In this document: positions 27,528 to 36,044 of the stretch, in pieces
Numbering within the stretch: the stretch's first letter is position 1
How the letters are laid out: every line of letters begins with the position of its first letter
Source of the DNA: Candidatus Limnocylindrales bacterium
GTDB taxonomy: Bacteria; Chloroflexota; Limnocylindria; Limnocylindrales; CSP1-4
Direction: 5' to 3'
DNA: 57,430 bases
Assembly: GCA_036393495.1 (NCBI GenBank)
Contig: DASWGY010000137.1
Span: 1-57,430, forward strand
The notes under the pieces: model-generated
What the model was told of the DNA's origin: nothing
The model's input: only the letters and a program-made list of their open reading frames with translations
Databases searched by the model: none
Translations under genes and position numbers: made by a program

Positions 27528-28054
27528 GCGAGCTCGACGAGCTCCGTCTCGAGGTTCGCCGGCTGGCCGACCGGGAGTCCATTCGCGACGTCTTCACCCG
27601 GTTCGCTGCCGCCATGGACGGCCAGGATTGGGACCTCCTGGCGACCGTGTTCGCGGATGACGCCGTCTTCGATCACTCGGTCGAAGGCTGGAACGGGCAC
27701 GAATCGGCAGTCTGGACCGGGCAGTCCCGGATCCGGGCGGAAGTGGAAGCAGGCGCCGGGCGCCACTTCGCCTCGCACCACGTCATCACGAATCACCGGA
27801 TCGAGCTCGACGGCGATCGGGCCCGCGTCGTGGCCTACCTTCACTCGGTGCATCTGGACGACCCGCTCCGTCCCGACGTCCACGCCGATCACGGTGCCTG
27901 GTACCTGGCGGCGCTCGTTCGGCGCGCGGCCGGCTGGCGGATCTCGTGGCTGACCCACAAGAGTCTCTGGGCCGACCACGAGTACCAGCCTCCAGGTCCG
28001 GTGACGGATGCGGACCGACGGGCGATGCGGGAGCACGTCGCTCGCTCCACCTGA
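27524..28054 (+). CDS. SnoaL-like / NTF2-fold protein
   Basis: LADRESIRDVFTRFAAAMDGQDWDLLATVFADDAVFDHS is a typical SnoaL_4-type N-terminus. The GTG start overlaps the upstream stop (GTGA). Confidence 0.65.
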   Translation: MSELDELRLEVRRLADRESIRDVFTRFAAAMDGQDWDLLATVFADDAVFDHSVEGWNGHESAVWTGQSRIRAEVEAGAGRHFASHHVITNHRIELDGDRARVVAYLHSVHLDDPLRPDVHADHGAWYLAALVRRAAGWRISWLTHKSLWADHEYQPPGPVTDADRRAMREHVARST

Positions 28055-28102
28055 CCATCGCGCATCCGGCGGCCCGGCCGCTGGACAGGGGCCAGGCCAG
28101 GC

Positions 28103-29194
28103 TCAGTGGTCGCCGACGGTCGCGCCCTCCGGCCAATCGACCCCGACCGACCGTCCGAGCTCTCGTATGGCCTCGACTTTCGCTAGCGGGATCGGGATTC
28201 CATCCAGGCGTCGTCGTTCGGCAGTCTCGGCGCTTCGCTCGCCGGGGACGAACACTCGCGCTACACCCGGCGCGGGTGGCGAGGCATGGACCTGGTCGAT
28301 CAGATGCCTCACCCGGCTCTCGAAGGTCTCGATCGGCATCGAGATCCGCGGGTCGATCGCGATCAGGAAGAGGCTGACGCCCTGGGGCGTACCGCTGTCC
28401 ATCGGCTGGCCGACGTTCGGTGCGAAGAGCTCGCCGCCCGCAATAACGCCGGTCAGGACCTCGAGCATCAGGGCCAGGCCGTAGCCGCGGTGACCGCCCG
28501 CCGGGACCAGGAGTCCCGTCAGCCACGCCGCGGGATCGCGCGTCGGCCGGCCGCCAGCGTCGAACAGGACGCCCTCCGGCAGGAGCTCACCGCGCTCTCG
28601 AAGGGTGTCCATCTCGCCCGTCGACATGAGGGTCGTCGCCGAGTCGAAGACGAGCGGTGCGTAGGGTCCGGCCGAGCAGGCAATGGCGTGGGCCTGGTTG
28701 CCGAGGACGCGCCGCGTGCCGCCCCACGGCGCGGTGAGCGCCGGCCCGTTGGTGACGGCGAGGCCGATCATCCGGGCCTCCGCGGCGAGCCACGCGTAGT
28801 GGCCCATGGCCGCGGCCGAGCTGACATTGCAGATCGAGACCACACCGATCCCCGACTCGCGAGCTAGACCGATCGCGTGGCGCATGCCTCGACTCGCGGC
28901 GACCTGGCCCCAGCCCGTGTCGCCATCGAAGGCGGCGACGGCCGCGCGACTCCCGAGCGGGACCAGTCGGGCCCTTGGATCGGTTCCGCCAGCGCGAATC
29001 CGGGCAACACACTGGGGAAGCTTCGTACCGACGCCATGTGCCTCCAGGCCGCGGAGATCGGCCCATGCCATGGCGTCCGCAGCGAGCGACGCATCCTCCG
29101 CCGTCATGCCGACGGCCTCGAGGATGGCTGCGGCAAAGGCCCGCAGCGGCACGGCCTGGACCAGGATGGTCGACGGCGCGGCGGAGGCCATCAT
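28103..29194 (-). CDS. Ldh_2-family (malate/L-lactate/ureidoglycolate/Pyr2C-reductase type) protein, paralog 1 (last gene of operon)
   Basis: LRGLEAHGVG, LGNQAHAIA, FDSATTLMS, GGHRGYGLALMLEVLTGV and HASPPAPGVARVFVPGER are collinear with E. coli AllD-type proteins. The ATG at 29194 overlaps the upstream stop (ATGA). Confidence 0.85.
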   Translation of the reverse strand: MMASAAPSTILVQAVPLRAFAAAILEAVGMTAEDASLAADAMAWADLRGLEAHGVGTKLPQCVARIRAGGTDPRARLVPLGSRAAVAAFDGDTGWGQVAASRGMRHAIGLARESGIGVVSICNVSSAAAMGHYAWLAAEARMIGLAVTNGPALTAPWGGTRRVLGNQAHAIACSAGPYAPLVFDSATTLMSTGEMDTLRERGELLPEGVLFDAGGRPTRDPAAWLTGLLVPAGGHRGYGLALMLEVLTGVIAGGELFAPNVGQPMDSGTPQGVSLFLIAIDPRISMPIETFESRVRHLIDQVHASPPAPGVARVFVPGERSAETAERRRLDGIPIPLAKVEAIRELGRSVGVDWPEGATVGDH

Positions 29195-30096
29195 CCGGGG
29201 CCCGTCGCCTCGCCGTCGACCTGCGGCGAGGAGCTGGCGGCCGAGGCCTTCCAGGATCGCCACAGGGCGAGACGCTCGTCTGCTCGGAGGAGGCCGCAGG
29301 TGCGGCAGTACGCCTGGCGCCCAGGTACGACGTAGTTGATGCAGCAGATCCGGCGGACCTGGAGCGGACGCGGAAAGTCCGGGTCGTCGACGGTCTCCCA
29401 GGTGAGCAGGTCGAGCATCGGGTTGGGGCCGGGATGACCGGGCAGCCGTGGGCCAAAGAGGATGGCATCTCGATCCTCCGCCTGGGCGGCCTGTCGCGCC
29501 TGGTCGGGATCGTCGACCCCGTTCTCGTACAGCATGTCGATCTGCTCGGCGGCGGTCGACCAGAGGAGCTTCATCGAGACATGGGCCGTGGCGAGGATGC
29601 GCTCGAATGCCGGCGCGAGGTTGTCCCTGACCAGGCTCGTGAGGGCCTGGTCGCGCAGGACCCAGGCCGAGCCCGTGTCCTGCCCACCGAGGGGCCACCG
29701 AGTCGGCCGGTCGCCGGAGACGGCGACGGCGTCCGAATCCATCGACAGGACGACGCCCATCGGCATCTCGGTCCGGATCACGAAGGCGAGGCGGTCGAGC
29801 TGAACGTCCACCGCGACCCCGTGGGCGAGGGGAATGAGCGCCGCCGCGGCCACGGACCCGCAGTAGCGCCGGGCAAATCGTGACGCCGCTGCCCGGACGT
29901 CCTCGTCCTGCGGCCGGGCCGTCCACTCCAGAATGGCGCGGTTGAAGAAGTCGGGCAGACGGGCAGCCGACAGGAGCTCCTGGGCCGGCACGACTTCGCG
30001 GCCGGCCGGCGGTGCAAGGAAGATCGGGTAGGCGGCGCCGAACGGGCCGAACCGCCCGACTGCCTCGTCGATTGCGAGCTGGAGGTCCGCGGTCAT
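29191..30096 (-). CDS. FhuF-like (2Fe-2S)-binding protein (ferric-siderophore-reductase fold)
   Basis: C-terminal RICCINYVVPGRQAYCRTCGL gives C-C-x11-C-x2-C, like the FhuF C-terminal cluster motif. ATGA overlaps occur at both ends (30093-30096 and 29191-29194). Confidence 0.55.
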   Translation of the reverse strand: MTADLQLAIDEAVGRFGPFGAAYPIFLAPPAGREVVPAQELLSAARLPDFFNRAILEWTARPQDEDVRAAASRFARRYCGSVAAAALIPLAHGVAVDVQLDRLAFVIRTEMPMGVVLSMDSDAVAVSGDRPTRWPLGGQDTGSAWVLRDQALTSLVRDNLAPAFERILATAHVSMKLLWSTAAEQIDMLYENGVDDPDQARQAAQAEDRDAILFGPRLPGHPGPNPMLDLLTWETVDDPDFPRPLQVRRICCINYVVPGRQAYCRTCGLLRADERLALWRSWKASAASSSPQVDGEATGPG

Positions 30097-31166
30097 CGGT
30101 CGGGAAAGGACACGCCGAGTTCGGCGCCAAGCTTGGCCATGGCCGTCGCCTGGGGTGCCGGAATGGGGATGCCACCACGCTCGAACTCGACCGCGATCGA
30201 GTCTTTCCGCTCGCCGGGGACGCGAACCCTGGTCACGCCGGGTGCCGGCGGCGAGGCATGAACCTCGTCGATGAGCCGGTCGACCCTGGCCCGGAACTCG
30301 TCCGGTGGGAGGAAGCTGGCGGGGTCGAGCGCGAGCAGGAAGAGGCTGAGGCCCATCGCCTGGTCGAGGTGGTCCATGCCCACGATCTGGGTCGTCGTGC
30401 GGCCGCCGGACAGGACGCCGGTCAAGACTTCCCACAGGATGGCCAGGCCACCGCCCCGATGCCCGCCCATCGGCAGCAGCAGCAGGGTGTCCAGCGCTTC
30501 GGCAGCGTCGGTTGTCTCTCGTCCGTCGCGACCCAGGGCGACGCCCGGTGGGATCGGCTCGCCCCGCTCGCGGGCGGCCCGCATCAGGCCCATCGAGTAG
30601 GCGCTCGTCGACGAATCGAAGATGAGTGGCGGATGGTGGCCGGCGGGGGCACCGATGGCGAAGGCCTGGTTGCCGAGGAGCCGCTGCGAGCTGCCCCAGG
30701 GCGGCATGAGCGGAACCGAGTTCGTGATCGCCAGGCCGACGAGGCCCTCGCGGACCGCGAGCGCCGGGTAGTAGCCCATCGCGGCAGTCACATCACTGTC
30801 GCGAACGACGACGACACCGATCCCGACGGCCCGGGCCTTGTCGATCGCGAGTCGCATTCCACGACCACCGGCGACCGGCCCCCACCCGCCGGCGGCATCG
30901 AGAGAAGCCGTGGCCGCGGTTTCTCTGACCGGGGTCCAGTCGGCGTGGAGGGCGAGGCCGCCCCCGCGGGACCGTGCGGCGATCTGGAGCAGGCGGTTGG
31001 AGCCCGTCCCAAATGCCCCCCGAAGGTCGGAGTAGACCATCGCGTCGGCAGCGATCGCGGCGTCGTCGGCGGGCATTCCGAGGGCCTCGAGGACTGCCTC
31101 CGCGAAGGCCCGCAGGTCCGCAGCCAGGATGCGCCCCGGCGATGGGCGCGTCGTGGCCGGGCTCAC
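30093..31166 (-). CDS. Ldh_2-family protein, paralog 2
   Basis: LRGAFGTGSNRL, LGNQAFAIGAP, GGHRGGGLAILWEVLTGV, HASPPAPGVTRVRVPGER. The GTG at 31166 overlaps the upstream stop (GTGA). Confidence 0.8.
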   Translation of the reverse strand: MSPATTRPSPGRILAADLRAFAEAVLEALGMPADDAAIAADAMVYSDLRGAFGTGSNRLLQIAARSRGGGLALHADWTPVRETAATASLDAAGGWGPVAGGRGMRLAIDKARAVGIGVVVVRDSDVTAAMGYYPALAVREGLVGLAITNSVPLMPPWGSSQRLLGNQAFAIGAPAGHHPPLIFDSSTSAYSMGLMRAARERGEPIPPGVALGRDGRETTDAAEALDTLLLLPMGGHRGGGLAILWEVLTGVLSGGRTTTQIVGMDHLDQAMGLSLFLLALDPASFLPPDEFRARVDRLIDEVHASPPAPGVTRVRVPGERKDSIAVEFERGGIPIPAPQATAMAKLGAELGVSFPDR

Positions 31167-32266
31167 CAGGCCACCCCCAGCTCGGCCCCGAGCGACCGAA
31201 GCCGGGCGCTGAGCTCGGGCACAACCGGGACGCCTGTCCGCTCGCGCTCCGCTGCTAACGCGGCGGCCCGTTCGCCGGGGACGAGAACGGCCTGTACGCC
31301 GGCCATCGGAGGCGAGGCGTGAATCTGATCCACGAGGGTGTCGACGCGGGCCAGGAACCGCTCCCGCGGCAGCCAGGCCGATGGATCGAGCGCGAGCATG
31401 AAGTGGCTGACCGATTGGGATCGCGCGAGGTCGGCGATCGGAGTGATTTCGGATCCGAACCGGGCACCCCCAGACAAGACGCCGGTCAGGACAGCCCACA
31501 TCAACGACAACCCGAAGCCGCGATGACCGCCGATCGGCAGCAGGATTCCCGCGAGCGCCGCCGCGGGATCGATCGTTGGCGTGCCGGAGGCGTCAAGGGC
31601 GAGGCCCGCTGTCAGCGGCTCGCCACGGGCGATCAGGGCCTCGATGCCCGTCCAGGAGATGGCCGTCGTGGCTGAGTCGAAGATCACCGTCGGGCACCGG
31701 GCCGCCGGCGCCGCGATCGCGAAGGCCTGGTTGCCGAGGACGCGGGTTGTTCCGCCGTGAGGTGCCTGGAGGGGCGTCGTGTCGTTGATCGCCAGGCCGA
31801 CGAGGCCTTCGTCGGCGGCGAGGCTCGCGTACCAGCCCATGGCCGAGCCTGACGTGGTGTCCCGGACGACGACGATCCCCGCCCCCGTCGCGCGGGCCTT
31901 GACGATCGCAAGCCGCATCGCCCGCGTGCCTGCCACTTGGCCCCAGGCGCCCGCGGCGTTCAGGACGGCCGCAGCCGGCGTTTCGGCGACGACCCGGATT
32001 GCCGGAGCGGCCGGCGTTCCGCCGGCCCGGATCCGACCGACGAGGAGTGGCAGCTTGGCGATACCCTGGGCCGTGATCCCGCGGAGGTCGGCCCAGGCAA
32101 AGGCCGCGCCGACAGTCACCGCGTCGTCCTCCGGCATTCCGAGACGCTCGAGGACGGCGGCCACGAACGCCCGCAGACGGGCGGCGTCGATCAGCTCGTT
32201 CGGCTCGCTCACCCGGCGTTTGTCGGTACCCGTCCCAGACCGGTGTGCCGGCAGATCCTCGATCAT
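31163..32266 (-). CDS. Ldh_2-family protein, paralog 3
   Basis: LRGITAQGIAKL, LGNQAFAIAAP, GGHRGFGLSLMWAVLTGV, HASPPMAGVQAVLVPGER. ATG at 32266; GTG at 32212 is an alternative start. Confidence 0.8.
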   Translation of the reverse strand: MIEDLPAHRSGTGTDKRRVSEPNELIDAARLRAFVAAVLERLGMPEDDAVTVGAAFAWADLRGITAQGIAKLPLLVGRIRAGGTPAAPAIRVVAETPAAAVLNAAGAWGQVAGTRAMRLAIVKARATGAGIVVVRDTTSGSAMGWYASLAADEGLVGLAINDTTPLQAPHGGTTRVLGNQAFAIAAPAARCPTVIFDSATTAISWTGIEALIARGEPLTAGLALDASGTPTIDPAAALAGILLPIGGHRGFGLSLMWAVLTGVLSGGARFGSEITPIADLARSQSVSHFMLALDPSAWLPRERFLARVDTLVDQIHASPPMAGVQAVLVPGERAAALAAERERTGVPVVPELSARLRSLGAELGVAW

Positions 32267-32297
32267 GCCCGGCGCCCCCGACCCGAGCCCCGCCCGC

Positions 32298-33332
32298 TCA
32301 CAGCGTCAGCCCGAGGTCGGCGCCGATAGCCGTGAGACGCTCGTGAAGGGCGGCCCGGATCGGGATCCCGTCGCGCGCACGCTCGCGGGCGAGCGCGAAG
32401 CCTCGCTCGCCGGGCACCGTCACGCGCTCGACGCCAGGAGCCGGCGGCGAGGCGTGGATCTCGTCGATAAGCCGGTCGACTCGAGCTAGGAACTCTCCGA
32501 GGGGCTGGGCGAACTCAGGGTCGATGGCCATCAGGAACATGCTCACGGCCTGTGGCCGGTCGAGCTCGTCCGGCCCGGAGACCGCCGGGCCGTACCGCTC
32601 GCCACCCGCGAGGACGCCGGTGAGGACCTCCCACATGACCGCCAGTCCCGAGCCCCGGTGCCCGCCCATGGACCGAAGGATGCCGCTGAGCGCAACGTCA
32701 GGGTCGATGGTCGGCTGCCCGTCGGCGTCGAGCGCAACGTCCGGGGGGAGGGGTTCGCCACGGTCGCGGTACTCGTGGATTCGGGCGAGCGTGATCGCGG
32801 TCGTCGCCATGTCGAGCAGCAGTGGGTCATGGCGGCGGGCGGGGCAGGCGATGGCGAAGGCCTGGTTGCCGATGACCTTGGTCGTCCCTCCCCAAGGTGC
32901 CTGGAGCGGGGGCGAGTTGTTGATCGCCAGGCCGACCATCTTCTGGTCGGCGGCGAGGAGGGCGAAGTAGCCGAGCGGCCCTGCCGAGGTCGTGTTCCGG
33001 ACTGCTGCGACTCCGACGCCCGCCGAACGAGCCTGCCCGATGGCGTGACGCATCGCCCGGGCTCCGGCAATCTGGCCCCAGGTGTCGGCGGCGTCCAGCA
33101 CCGCGGTGGCATCCCGTTCGAGGACCTTCGTTCGCGCGCTTGTCGGGCTCGTCACGCCGGCCCGCAGGCGGCCCAGGTACTGCGGGATCTTCGCAACGCC
33201 AAGGGCACTGATCCCGCGGAGGTCGGACCACACGAGGACGTCGGTCAGCGCGGCCGCGTCGGCCCGGCTCATATCGGCCCGCTGGAAGACGGCCTCGGTA
33301 AAGGCTCGAAGGCGTTCGACCGGGACGCGCAT
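32298..33332 (-). CDS. Ldh_2-family protein, paralog 4
   Basis: LRGISALGVAKI, IGNQAFAIACP, GGHRGSGLAVMWEVLTGV, HASPPAPGVERVTVPGER. ATG at 33332 gives a family-typical N-terminus. The in-frame GTG at 33461 would overlap the upstream stop (GTGA) and add a 43-aa low-complexity extension. Confidence 0.8.
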   Translation of the reverse strand: MRVPVERLRAFTEAVFQRADMSRADAAALTDVLVWSDLRGISALGVAKIPQYLGRLRAGVTSPTSARTKVLERDATAVLDAADTWGQIAGARAMRHAIGQARSAGVGVAAVRNTTSAGPLGYFALLAADQKMVGLAINNSPPLQAPWGGTTKVIGNQAFAIACPARRHDPLLLDMATTAITLARIHEYRDRGEPLPPDVALDADGQPTIDPDVALSGILRSMGGHRGSGLAVMWEVLTGVLAGGERYGPAVSGPDELDRPQAVSMFLMAIDPEFAQPLGEFLARVDRLIDEIHASPPAPGVERVTVPGERGFALARERARDGIPIRAALHERLTAIGADLGLTL

Positions 33333-33457
33333 GGCCGGCGCGGCCGGGGCGCTCGTGCCTTCTTGTGTTCCGGCGCGACCAGCTCGCTCCGCGCCGGGCG
33401 AGCCCGGATCGCTGGTCGGCGTCGTTCCGCCGGGCGGGGCCGCGCCGCGCGCTCGAG

Positions 33458-34192
33458 TCACGCGGGTGTCCCGAAGGCCGTCCCCACGACCGCCTCGTGG
33501 GTCGCGATGACGAGCGTCGTGAGATCGAACACCGGCCGGCCCAGCGCCCGGCGAATGGCTGGCGCGTAGGGCGGAAAGTTCGTGCACTCGAGGACGAAGG
33601 CCCCGACGTCGGGGCTGCGGTCGACCACCCGAGCAGCGAGCGATACGAGCTCCGCCTCCAGGACCTCCCCGTCGGCCTCGGCACGACCCTCGAGGTACGT
33701 CTGGGCGAAGGTCGACTCCGGGGCCATGCCGCCGACCACGATGCGGAGGTCGCTCGACCTGAACCCGACGCCCTCGAATTGGGCTTCGGTCAGGTGAGGC
33801 TCGCTCATGGTGAGGATCCCGACGCTCCGATCGGGCCCGATCATCCGCGCCACGAGCGGGACCTGAAGGAGGGATGAGGACAGTACCGGTACGCTCACGG
33901 CGGCGGCCAGCTGTGGCTGAAACTGCGCGAGGAAGCCACAGCTCGTTGTGATCATCGGCACGCCCTCCTGCTCGAGCTCCCGGGCCGCGTCAACGAACTG
34001 GTCCCGGAGGGCGGAATCCGGGCGCTTTACGACGTATCCCGACGTCGCCCCGGGGACCACCCGGAAGCGAACCGGGAAGGGCCACGTGGCGGCATTGCCG
34101 ACGTCGCCGACGGGCCGCGGGAAGATCGTGTCGAGCATCAGGACCCCGAGCTCGTAGCCGTAGACGGTCCGACCGCCGGCGAGCGTCTGCAT
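33458..34192 (-). CDS. Asp/Glu/hydantoin-racemase-fold protein (two-cysteine type), copy 1
   Basis: ITTSCGFLAQFQ and VLECTNFPPY are the two conserved Cys positions of two-base racemases and isomerases. The start lies 5 nt after the AcnX small-subunit stop. Confidence 0.7.
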   Translation of the reverse strand: MQTLAGGRTVYGYELGVLMLDTIFPRPVGDVGNAATWPFPVRFRVVPGATSGYVVKRPDSALRDQFVDAARELEQEGVPMITTSCGFLAQFQPQLAAAVSVPVLSSSLLQVPLVARMIGPDRSVGILTMSEPHLTEAQFEGVGFRSSDLRIVVGGMAPESTFAQTYLEGRAEADGEVLEAELVSLAARVVDRSPDVGAFVLECTNFPPYAPAIRRALGRPVFDLTTLVIATHEAVVGTAFGTPA

Positions 34193-34197
34193 TCCGA

Positions 34198-34620
34198 TCA
34201 GGCGCCGCGGTGGACGGTGACGAGCCCGGTCTGGCCGTCGACCGTCACCTCGTCCCCGGTGTGGATCTCGGTCACGATGTCTGCGTCGGGCTGACAAACG
34301 ATCGGAACGCCGCCGAGGATCGCGCCCTGGACCAGCGAGGAATCGGGAAGGGCGACCTGGACGATCGCCACCGGGTTCGTCCCATGGACCACGAGCTGGT
34401 ACAGGAATCGCCACGCGCCAGCCGATCCGACCGTGTGGGGCAGCACGAGCACCCGCCCACCGACACTCTCGCCCGCCAGGGGATGCGTCCGATTGACGAT
34501 CTCGCCGGTCTTGATGTCGATGTCGCCGAGGAACGAGATTCCCTCGCTCGAGACGAGCGCCGGGCCCCGCGCCGTACCACGGACGATGCCGCGCCCGCGG
34601 ATCGGCCGGCTCGCGATCAC
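34198..34620 (-). CDS. Aconitase X swivel-domain small subunit (DUF126)
   Basis: GRGIVRGTARGPALVSSEGISFLGDIDIKTGEIV...GESVGGRVLVLPHTVGSAGAWRFLYQLVVHGTNPVAIV is a typical DUF126 sequence. The GTG at 34620 overlaps the large-subunit stop (GTGA). Confidence 0.8.
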   Translation of the reverse strand: MIASRPIRGRGIVRGTARGPALVSSEGISFLGDIDIKTGEIVNRTHPLAGESVGGRVLVLPHTVGSAGAWRFLYQLVVHGTNPVAIVQVALPDSSLVQGAILGGVPIVCQPDADIVTEIHTGDEVTVDGQTGLVTVHRGA

Positions 34621-35897
34621 CGTCCCGCTCGGGCCGGCACGAAACGGGCGGTGACCGCCGATTCGACGGCGCCTGCGGCGCTCGACAGGAGAGCTGCACA
34701 GCCGATCATGTCGCGGACATACTTCGCCTGTTTCGGCGAATCCACGACCATCGCCCGAATCGGCGGCGGCACGAGCTCCACCGATGGATCCGGGGAGGTG
34801 GTGCGAGCGAAGTGGCACGACATCGGGCAGGTATCGGTGATGATCCGGGCGCCCGAATCGGTGATGACTCGGGCCGTTCCGTCCTGCTCGGCGACGCTCC
34901 GGACGGCACGGCTCGTGGTGACCCACATTTCGACCCCGGGATGGACTCTGCGGCCCTCCAGGAGGCCGGCGTAGAGGCGCATCTCCTCACCTGATGCGTG
35001 GGGACAGCCGAGGTGGACGAAATCGACGGCCTCGCCCTCGGCCGGACCGCCAAAGGCCGCGTAGACGGCATCGATCTCGGGATCGCCGACGAGCAGCTCC
35101 TCGGTCGCCCGGCGTCCACGGAACGCGGCCGCCTCGTCAGCATAGGGAGGCGTCACGCCGGGGACGATGAACATCGAGACCCCGCCGGTCGTCGCCAGGC
35201 CGGCGCCGAGCGCGTCGAGCTCGTCGAGGCTCGGGCGACGACCCTCCAGGCCCAGGAATACCGGAACACCGGTTCCGACGATCTTTCCGACGTGATAGCC
35301 AAGGCAGCCGTAGTCGGTGATCGTCTCGAGACGCGCCTCGACTCGGACCCGGTGCGTCCCGACTCGGTTCTCGTCGAGGTGATAGCCGAAGCGCGGATAG
35401 CGGCCGGCGATCGCGGCATAGACCGAGAAGAAGCCATCCCGGTTGGAGCGGGCACCGAGGACCGAGTTGCAGAAGACGGTGACCCCGGATTCGATCGAGG
35501 TCATGTGGGTGTTCCAGGTGGGCCAGTAGCCCGCCCAGTAGGGCGTGCAGGTCATGGCACTGACGCAACCCAGATCGCCATGGGCCTTGACCCCCCGGAG
35601 GTGAATCCGGGCGAGGGCCTCCGGCGCCCCCGTATCCCGCCAGTGATCGGTGTCGACGTTGGTGACGTTCGCCGTGGTCGGGACGGACACCTTCGCCCCC
35701 AGGGACACGAGATCCTCGAGGAGCTCAACGTCCTGGGCATACATCGCCATCCCGGGGTGGACATGCGCGTAACCGATCGCGACCATGTCCTCGGCCCCGA
35801 ACGCGTCCCCGAGCTGGACGAGACCGGACATCGCCCGCTGCAGGGCTTCGCCCCGGTCCCCGTCCAGCATCGCCCGTTCGTCGTCGGTCAGCCGCAT
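34617..35897 (-). CDS. Aconitase X catalytic large subunit (DUF521)
   Basis: MRLTDDERAMLDGDRGEALQRAMSGLVQLGDAFGAEDMVAIGYAHV is a typical DUF521 N-terminus, with conserved Cys-containing blocks (FCNSVLGARSN, HLGCPH, TDTCPM). Confidence 0.85.
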   Translation of the reverse strand: MRLTDDERAMLDGDRGEALQRAMSGLVQLGDAFGAEDMVAIGYAHVHPGMAMYAQDVELLEDLVSLGAKVSVPTTANVTNVDTDHWRDTGAPEALARIHLRGVKAHGDLGCVSAMTCTPYWAGYWPTWNTHMTSIESGVTVFCNSVLGARSNRDGFFSVYAAIAGRYPRFGYHLDENRVGTHRVRVEARLETITDYGCLGYHVGKIVGTGVPVFLGLEGRRPSLDELDALGAGLATTGGVSMFIVPGVTPPYADEAAAFRGRRATEELLVGDPEIDAVYAAFGGPAEGEAVDFVHLGCPHASGEEMRLYAGLLEGRRVHPGVEMWVTTSRAVRSVAEQDGTARVITDSGARIITDTCPMSCHFARTTSPDPSVELVPPPIRAMVVDSPKQAKYVRDMIGCAALLSSAAGAVESAVTARFVPARAGR

Positions 35898-35971
35898 CGA
35901 GACGCCTCCGGACCTCCAGGCATCGCGCCGGCCGGCCGTCGGTCCGGCGGACGCCGCGAAGAGTCACGTCG

Positions 35972-35991
35972 CGATATCGTACACCGTTATC
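35972..35991. promoter_or_regulatory. GATATC-core motif pair (GATATC, then GTTATC 13 bp later) between the AcnX operon and the divergent racemase-like gene
   Basis: CGATATCGTACACCGTTATC. Confidence 0.55.
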
Positions 35992-36044
35992 AAAGCCCCT
36001 CTGGCCGGCACCGCCTCGGGTCGAGCCAGGAGCTGGAGGACCAG

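Noticed and set aside
28103-30178. Single 691-aa protein as drawn in the track (likewise 30093-31499, 32298-33587, 33458-34699 and 34198-34926 at full track length)
   Set aside because: Only the C-terminal parts resemble known families. The N-terminal extensions read through the upstream gene in another frame. Internal ATG or GTG starts that overlap the upstream stops by 4 nt give family-typical protein lengths.
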